Shown: positions 27,301 through 36,671 of the stretch, piece after piece | Layout of the letters: every line of letters starts with the position of its first letter | Position numbering within the stretch: position 1 is the first letter of the stretch | Assembly (NCBI GenBank): GCA_951406725.2 | Contig: OX597819.1 | Span: 66,836,001-66,900,000, forward strand | DNA from: Octopus vulgaris | Taxonomy: Eukaryota | Direction of reading: 5' to 3' | DNA length: 64,000 bases | Program-made: the position numbers and the translations under genes | The notes under the pieces: model-generated | Seen by the model: the letters and a program-made list of their open reading frames with translations, nothing else | Databases searched by the model: none | What the model was told of the DNA's origin: nothing

Positions 27301-28975
27301 CAAGAATGACCAAGAGCTAGAAGGGCTGCTAACAACTGTTAAAGAGTTTAGCAATGATATCGGAATGGATTTTGGCCTTGATAAGTGTGCTAAAGCAACT
27401 TTTGTAAGAGGCAAGCTCAGGCAAACAGCTTCTGTTAAATTAGATATTGACACTACCATCAAGGAACTTGACCCACAAGAAAGCTACAAATACCTAGGAA
27501 TCAACGAAGGAGATGGTATACATCATGCTACTATGAAGGAAAAAATAAGAAAGGAGTACTATAGGAGAATAAGGCTTGTACTGAAGACTGAACTCAACTC
27601 CAAAAATTGCATTGAGGCCATTAACACCCTGGCACTTCCAGTAGTCCAGTACAGTTTTAACATCATTAACTGGAACCTTACGGAACTCCAACGCTTGGAC
27701 AGGAAGACAAGAAAGTTACTGACATCCAGGAGCATGCACCACCCTAAGGCAGATGTAGACCGCTTGTACCTACCTAGAAGCAGCGGGGGGAGAGGAATGA
27801 TGCAATTGGAGCTGTGCTATAAGACCTCTACTGTAGGAATGAACAGGTACCTATCTAGTACAAAAGACTGGATGCTGCGACTTGTGTGTGAACACGAAAG
27901 CAGCAAAAAGCTGCATTCTATTGTCAAGGAAGCTTATAAGTTCGAAAGGGAACTAGGCATTAACCTTGAATCAGGTGAAGAGCCAGAAACCACTGCTACC
28001 AAGCAAGCAAAGCGAATCAGGCAGACTGCAAAAAAGAATGGGCAGAATCAAATTGAGAGGCAGTGGAGCCAGAAGCCCCTGCATGGACAATACATTCTCC
28101 GAAGCCAAAATGCTGATGTAGACCAAGCAACAACCCATCAGTGGCTGAAGAGTTCTGGATTGAAAGCAGAGACTGAAGGCTTCATAATGGCAGCACAAGA
28201 TCAAAGCTTGTTTACCAGAAATTACCAGGCTAACGTTCTCCGAAACGGTACTGACCCTAAATGCAGATTCTGTGACACATTTGACGAAACAATAGACCAT
28301 CTCGTTTCGGGATGTCCTGTGCTGACACCAAACGAATACAAAAATCGCCACGATAGGGTAGGACAGTATATACATTGGAAGATATGTAAACACTACAAAT
28401 CCGACACTCCTGCTAACTGGTATGAACACCATCCTCAGCCAGTTGTTGAAGGTAAAGATGTCACCATCCTCTGGGATTTTCCAGTCAACACTGACAGAAC
28501 GATCAAGGCTAATCGACCAGACATAATTGTTAAAGACAGGGAAGAAAATACCTGCAGACTAATAGAAGTAAGCGTCCCCACTGATAAAAATGTATCTGTC
28601 AAGGAATTTGACAAACTTAGTAAATATAAGGACCTGGAAATCGAAATACAGAGGATGTGGAATCTTAAAACAAAAACTGTTCCTGTTATTGTAGGTGCCC
28701 TAGGTATGATAAAAAAGGGATGTCAGAAACACCTAGACAATATCCCTGGAAAACCATGTCTCAAGGAAATCCAAAAGATTGTGCTAACAAGTACTGCCCA
28801 CATCCTTAGAAAAACCCTATCAATGTAAATGTTTGTGTTTGTATTACATGGAGATATTTCTCTACTTCCCCTCCCCAAGCTTTCAGCTATATTTCAACAA
28901 CTCTTAACCTTCACTTGCCCTAGGGCGCTGGGTGTGCCCCGGCAGGTGATTGCATCAAACATGCAGATTAAAAGT
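24382..28975 (+). mobile_element. full-length R4/Dong-clade non-LTR retrotransposon inserted in (TAA)n
   Basis: ~565-bp 5' UTR, single intact ORF, ~145-bp 3' UTR; flanked by (TAA)n at 24301-24381 and 28975-29053; Dong elements are known TAA-repeat targeters. Confidence 0.92.
24947..28828 (+). CDS. reverse transcriptase / restriction-like endonuclease polyprotein (1293 aa; true start uncertain)
   Basis: RT motifs NYRPITCL, WIDYRKAYDSVPH, GIFQGDSLSPLLF, YMDD, YKYLG; CRFC-x8-H-x4-C knuckle; RHD...RPD...E...K RLE motif. Confidence 0.95.
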   Translation: MPGNMTTKRNRGEFRSVSLMRVRYEQYINSENSEAVFCQKIDPVTVTEAASCQKVDSEKMDPSDVAVNHLMKTSQKSCRIGHRPGQQGPRYPLGNQTGVEKFAAGTNSQKDDLPGDQNQNTSNSGLVVTPPKTPPKAKRIKWTREDYRDVLKAFYTAQLNPNNNLSVQTYISWRNSVGNDVRRYIDANKLSNVRRDIIKNKRLTDAEIDKIRTLIAHGRPKENSNNVDEIGNSSTEASVQAANQLPNGEVKQRIAKTRDLKKEENVDLPQENQNRYDIEFEVNNREKIMEAKVDIMRELGKIELTDMVNREPLPKFSNGTRNNNTIMTYNVALGQILRNKGNDLTTLNNLIYSTAKVVTTQLGIKMTKKKARHVNEPPKWKVAIQKEIESLRADVSVLDELARGVNIKPRKARKIKQKYKIKDLINLPATKELLKQRIQLKAQRLRRYDKRNKFYRQNKFFKTDAKKFYREIGKNKIHIEDPPKIEEVEEFWKKVWSNEKEFNAEADWIEREKERLDELEEQKWEAIGIEELRCVLRKAHKWKTPGLDRIPNFWLNCLTEVHEHLAASLSDVIQNPEQIPAWLTEGTTYLLPKTEDTKNPKNYRPITCLNTTYKILTSIITERMYAFLEQNSILPQAQKGCKRNSYGCKDQLLINRMIVENCRSKNKNLSMAWIDYRKAYDSVPHKWILKALEIYKISPVVSKFLENSMTMWNTRLFLSHSNGMSQSNSINIKRGIFQGDSLSPLLFCMALIPLSNELDSARYGYKVFSKLINHLFYMDDLKLFAKNDQELEGLLTTVKEFSNDIGMDFGLDKCAKATFVRGKLRQTASVKLDIDTTIKELDPQESYKYLGINEGDGIHHATMKEKIRKEYYRRIRLVLKTELNSKNCIEAINTLALPVVQYSFNIINWNLTELQRLDRKTRKLLTSRSMHHPKADVDRLYLPRSSGGRGMMQLELCYKTSTVGMNRYLSSTKDWMLRLVCEHESSKKLHSIVKEAYKFERELGINLESGEEPETTATKQAKRIRQTAKKNGQNQIERQWSQKPLHGQYILRSQNADVDQATTHQWLKSSGLKAETEGFIMAAQDQSLFTRNYQANVLRNGTDPKCRFCDTFDETIDHLVSGCPVLTPNEYKNRHDRVGQYIHWKICKHYKSDTPANWYEHHPQPVVEGKDVTILWDFPVNTDRTIKANRPDIIVKDREENTCRLIEVSVPTDKNVSVKEFDKLSKYKDLEIEIQRMWNLKTKTVPVIVGALGMIKKGCQKHLDNIPGKPCLKEIQKIVLTSTAHILRKTLSM

Positions 28976-28982
28976 AATAATA

Positions 28983-29055
<73 letters not shown>

Positions 29056-29579
29056 TGCAAATTTCAAATACAGAATTGTTATTGACCAGAAAGTAATAAT
29101 TAATCACAGAACACATCTGTGCGGAATGATTGGTACAATAAGACATGGTTCATGACTTTGCTAAAGCTGTTATGCACATTAAGACAGCGAGCTGGCTGAA
29201 TCGTTAGCACACTGGGAAAACGATTAGCGGCATTTCATCCGTCTTTATGATCTGCGGTCAAATGCCGCGATGGTGAACTTTGCATTTCATCACTTCGGTA
29301 CCGATAGAATAAGCCCTAGTTAAACAAAGGGCTCAACGTAATCGACTTATCCTCTCACCGAAATTACAAAGTCACAAAAGAACGCTAACATAATTTGTTT
29401 ACGTAAAGCTGTGGTAATGTGTCAAATTTAAAATTGGTTCGTGCATGCCTATGTGAGTGTGTGTTCGGAGAGGAGAGAGGGAGTGACAGACAGACAAAGT
29501 GTGAGAGAAACACAGGGAGATCTCTATTGTCACTGAGACATAATGACGATTGCACTGACCAATGTAGAGACCGTTGGAC

Positions 29580-30180
29580 ATAGACTTACCCCGTAGTGGA
29601 CTATAGGGAGGTTTCTTGGAACTAATTTCCTGTGAGTTAATTTGTTTACTTTTACGTAAGTTTTCTCCGTTAACATAGGTTTGACCTTTTATATTTATGA
29701 TAGAATTTTCTTTATATAGAGCTTCTTGATAAATTTTCTTTTTTAATACCCTGACACCCGCCTCCTAATTGTACTCCGCCCTCGATAATAGTTTGGAGAT
29801 TCCCTACTCTTTTGATAGCTCACTCTCACATCTACACTCTTTGAGCCCTGATGGTAAATAATTATGTGCACTGAACATATTGGGCTTCTAGTCTTTTTGT
29901 CTAAGTCATGTTTTCTTTCCTTTTCCTTCTTCCTTTTCTTTATATTATATGCTCTTGTTTTTCACTCTGATGAAGATCTGTTGCCTTAATTCGAATGCCC
30001 TATGAAGATAAAGAATTTTATTCCCGCACTTATGTGTAGACAACATTCTGGTATTTTGATCAGAAACAGCTGTTAGATTTGTTATGTCTTGCATTGTATC
30101 AATAAATATGCTTTAAAATGTGGTCCTATCGATGCGTTGGTTAAGCTATACTTTTCTCCATTTTCTAATTATATAAATAT
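29580..30180 (+). mobile_element. PLE-type terminal remnant carrying a hammerhead
   Basis: Pyrimidine-rich UTR-like sequence leading into a hammerhead, ending at an AT-rich tract; boundaries approximate. Confidence 0.45.
29964..30077 (+). ncRNA. type-I hammerhead with long stem-II insertion (weak stem I)
   Basis: CT-CTGATGA-AGATC...GATCA-GAAA-CAGCTG-TT/AG; palindromic stem III ACAGCTGT. Confidence 0.55.
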
Positions 30181-30644
30181 ATTAATACAGACACGAATAA
30201 ATTAGCAAGTGTATATAGCTTCCACACATTTCTAATATTTTTATATGTTTTTGTGACCATCTCCATGTCTACCTTCCTTGCGTCAATGATAATTGTAAGC
30301 TTCCAAATGAGATCTAACACTGTAATTAACCTGTATTAGTGTTCATCAGACTACTATATAAGTTGTCCGCGTCCCCTTTTAAGTGAAAACTGTGTAATTG
30401 GAGGGCTAACCCTCTGATATTTCCAACAGTAAAGCCGTCAACCTGTTTTAATGTATTTGAAATATCGTGTAGAGATGAAGGTATGACTGGGGTTAAGAAG
30501 CGTGCTTTGTAACCATTTGGTTTCGGGTTCATTACCCCTGCATGACACATTGGGCAAGTGCTTTGTGAGTGAATTCGGTAGAAGAAAACTTTGTGGCAGC
30601 CCGTCTTACATACATACATACATATATACACACATTAGCCCGTC

Positions 30645-30675
<31 letters not shown>

Positions 30676-31665
30676 CATACATACATACACACACACGTAC
30701 ATATGTATGTGTAATTGTATAATGATATATCATAATAATATTTATTTTCTGATTTGAAGCGACAAATCGAACCCACAAATCAGCCTTCTTCGGGTCCATG
30801 CACATACGATTGGCCAAACACCCATCAGAATCATTTGTTTGTATTTAAAAATTGTCGCTTCAAATCAGAGAATATATTATTATGATATATTCTTATACGG
30901 TTAATTATTATACCGTGAGTCTCCGGAATTTACAAAGACATTCGGATTTGTTTATAAATATCATTTGTTATATACATATATACATTGTCTGTGTGTATAT
31001 GAGTGTGTGTGTATGTGTCCCAATGTATATGTTTTTATGCATATGTATGTTTACGTTTCTACTCTCTTCACCACTTGACAACAGACGTAAGCATTTTTAT
31101 GTCCCTCAAAACTAGAGGCGAATGACACCGATATAATAATTACAAGACTTTAAAAACATAACCCGTGATGGATTTTTTGAGTGAATCCACCAAGATTGTG
31201 CACGAGCATGACCGCAATCAATGACTGAAACAAGTAAAAGATACATACTTACCAATTCTTAATATATTAGTAAGAACCGAAAATCTACAGCCACCAGAAA
31301 GTACACATAAATACTTAAGTACACAACTCAGGGCACGAAAGATGTTGGCGAAGTTTAAGTTACGTGACGGAACCCGTGTAAGTTCTGAAACAATATTGAT
31401 CACAGACAGCAAATAAATATGTGTTTCGCTAGGCCAGAAAACTGACTGACAGCTAGTAATTTTCTATCGTAATTTTAGCAGATCAATAATGTCTATTGAG
31501 ATCTTCCGTTTTTAAACAAATTAAATGTAACAATCAACGTCAGTGACTGCTGATTTACTATATATTTTTCATACATTCTAATGATTCTCTGGTATTCCAT
31601 CTTTGTAAATTATTCTTTCTTTTGCTCTTCCTCTCTGACTCTCTGCCTCTGTCTGTCTTTCTGTC

Positions 31666-31702
<37 letters not shown>

Positions 31703-32572
31703 GTTCCTGCTCACTCTCTTCATTCAGTTTTCTATAAATCACATTTCAATTGTCAGTTGTAGAGGGCTTAGAAATGCTTTTAAAAATTCATCTACTTTAA
31801 ACATACGATACACACACACATATATATAAATACATACAACACACGCACATATATCTATATATAGATTTATGTGAAGACAATAAAGATAGAGAGATAAAAT
31901 ACAAAGATTTTTCTTAAGATAAAGAGAAAAAAACATCTTAGTAATATCTTTGAGTAACACGAATAATCAATTATTAAGTATTAAGCTATGTGAATGATGA
32001 ACTATCATCTTATGATGCTACTTCACATATTCTTCACAACTTCCCCGATACATTTACAGTTTCTGAATTTATAGAATAATCAGAGGCAACATAATAAATA
32101 TTGCGTCACGTAGAAATAGGCATTGGACAAGATATCTCCATAGCTATATACAACTGATAATGTGATCCAAAAACTGTGGTCTTGATTTCGACAATCTATA
32201 GCATAAGCACTTTCTTATCATGTCAGATAAACTTTCTCTTAAGTCTTGAACTGATGTGTACCATTGTATGCATTACATCTCCATTTACATTTAGCCGGTA
32301 CGCACAAACATAGCTGCCAACTAGAGAAAACTGAAACACGAAGGCAGCAAACCATTAGTTACAGAAAGATGTCATTGTACTTGCAAGGCTTCCAGTGGAT
32401 AAATTACAATACATAATAAAACCTATCATAAGAGAAACTCTATGATCGCTTGTAAATTTGCAAGGATCAGAAAAATATTGGATTAACAAAGGAAGCAATA
32501 TTTAGGGAGGAAAGATCCATTAAGGAATTTTCCATTACTCCTTCCGTTCGTTTTCACTTCGACTTATTGTAG

Positions 32573-32726
32573 ATTTCCAAGTATATACTTGGAAACGAGT
32601 GCCAAGCTGTATGTAACAATTTCGGTATGGAAGGTTAACATATACGCAAAAGGAAGTGCTGGCATTTGGATAAAGAGCCTAGATACATCCTTCAACTCTA
32701 ACACTTATCTGGATATTCGGGAAAAG
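32573..32726 (+). CDS. candidate internal exon of an unidentified host gene
   Basis: Pyrimidine-rich acceptor ...TTATTGTAG, strong donor AAG/GTAAGT, open frame FPSIYLETSAKLYVTISVWKVNIYAKGSAGIWIKSLDTSFNSNTYLDIREK in non-repetitive DNA. Confidence 0.35.
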
Positions 32727-33302
32727 GTAAGTATCCGTATGATTAACCAGAACAGCGCTAAGGTCAACTGGGATACTGAACTATGAAATCCAGCAAAATT
32801 GCATGTAAATCTTGCCAAACAAAAGCAAAAATATTGATAACAAAATGAAAGTAATATTTACGACGACGACGACGACGATGATGATGATGATGATGATTAT
32901 GATGATGATGATGATGATCACATGACTAGATAGCTAGCGTCCTATCATGACCTGAAACATGCTGAAACTGCACGAGGCTATTTCAAAGAGAGAGCATTGG
33001 AGCTTATAACGTTTCAGGCATGCCATGTTTAAGAGAGAAGACATAGTGTTGGACACAAGAGAAAGACACAGATTACTCCAAAATATGGTTGAAATTTTTG
33101 TTAATACTTTTGTGATGTATTGGAGACAGGGAGCTCTCACCGAGTATTGCAGAGTAGAATATTAATACTTGCGCATTATAAATTATCTGCAATCTGCAAT
33201 AATATTCTCTACTGTCTATATGATCTAAAATGGGGCCCATTTCCTTTTCAAGATAATTTTTCTGGAATTTATGCCTATACTTCTGAGATAACCGTTAATA
33301 TT

Positions 33303-33898
33303 CTTTTCTAGACTAAGCACAAGGGGCGAAATTTTGGAGAAGGGGCCAGTCGATACGACTGACTCCATTGCGCAACTGGTACTAAATTTATCGACCCCGA
33401 GAGGATTATAGGCAAAGTCGACCTCGGCAGAATTTGAACTCAGAACGTAAAGACAGACAAAGTACCGCTAAGCATTTCGTTTCTTATTTCGTTACTTCCC
33501 AAAAGGAGCTACACACAGAGGGGACAAACAAGGACATAGAAACGGACTAAGTCAATTATATCGACCCCTATGCGTAACTGATACTTATTTAATCGACCCT
33601 GAAAGGATGAAAGGCAAGGTCGACCTCCGCGGAATTTGAACTCAGAACGTAGCGGCAGACGAAATACCTATTTCTTTACTACCCACAAGGGGCTAAACAA
33701 ATAGAGGACAACAAGGACAGACAAACGGATTAAGTCGATTATATCGACCCCAGTGCGTAAATGGTACTTAATTTATCGACACCGAAAGGATGAAAGGCAA
33801 AGTCGACCTCGGCGGAATTTGACCTCAGAACGTAATGGCAGACGAAATACCGCTAAGCATTTCGCCCTGCGTCCTAACGCTTTTGCCAGCTCGTCGCC
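33303..33898 (-). mobile_element. SINE family A head-to-tail trimer
   Basis: Three cores; complete head only at 33898; junction GAAATACCTATTTCTTTACTACCCAC at 33661. Confidence 0.8.
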
Positions 33899-34147
33899 CA
33901 GATTACCGTTAATATTGCGAATATTGTGAATTTCTTTTTATTCAAGGAAGAGGCTGGTTCCTCTTAAAAACGATGCCAATGGGCTTTGTTTTGGCTGATA
34001 TGAGATGTTACATATCTGACTATTTTTGGTATTAATGCTGTGTAACTTTTACTGCATATGTATGCTGGTGATTAGTGATATGTGTGTGTGTGTTTGTATG
34101 TCTTTGTGTGTGACGCCATTTATTTTGTAAACGTAAATTTACTAATT

Positions 34148-34435
34148 GGAGTCGCAATGACCCAGTGGTTAGGGCAGTGGACTCGCAGTCGGGGGATCGC
34201 GGTTTAGATTCCCAGACTGGGCGTTGTGTGCGTTTATTGAATGAAAACACCTAAAAGCTCCACGAGGCTCCAGCAGGGGCTAGTGACGACACCTATTGTA
34301 CTTTCCCTCACTCTTTCTTCCTGTTTCTTGAGTAACGCTGCGATGAACTGGCGTTCGTCCAGCTGGTGGGGAACACATACGCCACAGAAACTGGGAAACC
34401 GGGCCCATGGACCTGGCTACTCTTGAAAAGGGCGA
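34148..34435 (+). mobile_element. SINE with family B head and a different 3' tail
   Basis: Matches family B to ~34328, then diverges (GAGTAACGCTGCGATGAACTGGCGTTCGTCCAG...). Confidence 0.65.
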
Positions 34436-34748
34436 AAAAGAAAATTTCTTATAGTGCTAGTCTACACACTGAGAGACTTATAATATTGGATATAACGTGT
34501 AGTTTGGTGCGGGTGTACCAATACTGTTAGTCGACAGTGTGCTGGTACGTTTGGGCAAAATTGAAAGTAATCTATTTATGTGCCAAAGAAAACTGTGTGC
34601 TGCGTTCTCATGGCGCGTGTTCGTGATGTGCAATATCAGAGCGCATTGATCGTGTTCTGTGACAGACCACTGCCAGCACACACAGACACAGACACACGCA
34701 CAAAATCACTCACACACATACATAGAGAAACACACAAACACACACTCT

Positions 34749-34809
<61 letters not shown>

Positions 34810-34831
34810 TCATATGTGCATATATACATAC

Positions 34832-34880
<49 letters not shown>

Positions 34881-36087
34881 TGTATATATATATATATATA
34901 TATACATACATACATATACATACATGTATATGTATATATATATATGCGTGTATATATCTGTGTGTGTATACATATGTGCACACGAACATGTGGAAGATAG
35001 CTTTATATGTAAATAAAGAATGCGTTCAATTGTATATTATGGTCAATTTCATTTAATCAGATGTGAAGTTAAAAATATACTCTGGAGCTCAGACGGCTCT
35101 TACATCACCCATTAATAAACATATATCGACACTCACTCTCTCTGTGTATCTATTTCTTTCTATCTCACATGTATTGACAACATATTTATTTGTTTGCGTA
35201 TAATATAAAACAATATGTATATAAACATACACATACACACGTATATATATCTATGCATATATACAAAGATTTTCTCACACACATTAATATATTGTATTAC
35301 ATATTATAATATATGTGTTTGTATGGTCATATAGGTGTTTCTGTAAGATTACATGCATTATTCACTACCGTGCCTCCTGAGAGGGTGCAAGTAGACTGAA
35401 CAATTTGTTTTTCCATCTGACACGGAGTTGAACAATAACCTGAAGATTTTTTTCTTATATTTAATATAATAGAGGAAAAAACAAATAGATATAAAAAAAT
35501 AATTTCTGAGATTGATCCTTATCTATGTGGTAATACGCCAACTGGGGAGCGTAAAAGATGTTTAGAAATAGGAATAAAATTATATAGCTGCGCATTATAC
35601 CTTATAAGAGCAAAATATTACGTATTCGGGTTTTACTATCGTTACACAAGAACCGTCTTCCTTTATGAATAATTTCTATATAAGGCTATTATGTGAGAAT
35701 TGGTGCTTTGTCACACATACTGACACACAGATTCATACAGACAAACTAACAACAAACACACGCACACAAACACAACTACATGCACACATACACATACACA
35801 TGAAATTATGAAACTCACGAGTGGTAGTTGTATATATAAATAGACACACAAGATATGCTTTTTCCCGTTTTCTCCCTCTTTCTCTTTCTCCTTGAACAGA
35901 CAGAAACACAGACACACACATATGTGCGCGTGCAGACAAACACATGTACATATATGTAAATCATGTAAAATTATATACATACATGTATAACGGGAAGCTT
36001 TATGAAAATAAACAAAAGACGAAGGCAGGTGGAAAACAAACGAACAATTGTATTAGTATGGCGCTCAGGAAATATAAATAAAACAAG

Positions 36088-36125
36088 TCTTTAACGTTTC
36101 GAGCCTACGCTCTTCAACAGAAAGA
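36088..36125 (-). ncRNA. minimal type-I hammerhead, A6U core variant
   Basis: TCTTT-CTGTTGA-A-GAGC(GTAG)GCTC-GAAACGTT/AAAGA; stems I and II perfect, palindromic AACGTT. Confidence 0.6.
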
Positions 36126-36671
36126 TACACGGAGAGAGAAAAACACAGAAAGAAGGAGAGAAAAAAAATGCGTGCAGTAGCTAACGAATCAACATGGCGA
36201 TCTGATTTCGGCCAGAGGTCAAAGATCAAACATGAGACGCGAGAGCGAAATAAGGGGAGATAATAGGGTTGATAAATGGGTTGAGGGACCAGCTAAAAGT
36301 GCGTGGGAGGGGTCTGGATGTGTGTATGTATAGGGTTGGTGTATGTATTAGTATGTATAAGGGTGTGTGTGTGTGTGTGTGTGTGTGTATGAGAGAGTAT
36401 TAGTGCGTAAGATTGGTCTGGACGTGCGTATGTATGGGGTTGGTGTATGTATTAGTATGTATTAGTATGTATTAGTACGTATTGGTATGTATAGGTGTGT
36501 GTGTGTGTGTGAGAGAGAGTATAAGTGCGTATGCGGGGTCTGGACGTGTGTATGTATAGGGTTGGTGTAAGTATTAGTATGTACTAGTATGTATTAGTAC
36601 GTATTAGTATGTATTAGTTGGTGTGTGTATTAGTATGGCACATCATATGTGATGTGATGTGATGTGTAAAG

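Noticed and set aside
36300-36620. Regularly spaced repeats resembling a CRISPR array
   Set aside because: Spacers are simple TG/GTATTAGTAT repeats within a eukaryotic PLE 3' UTR; no cas genes
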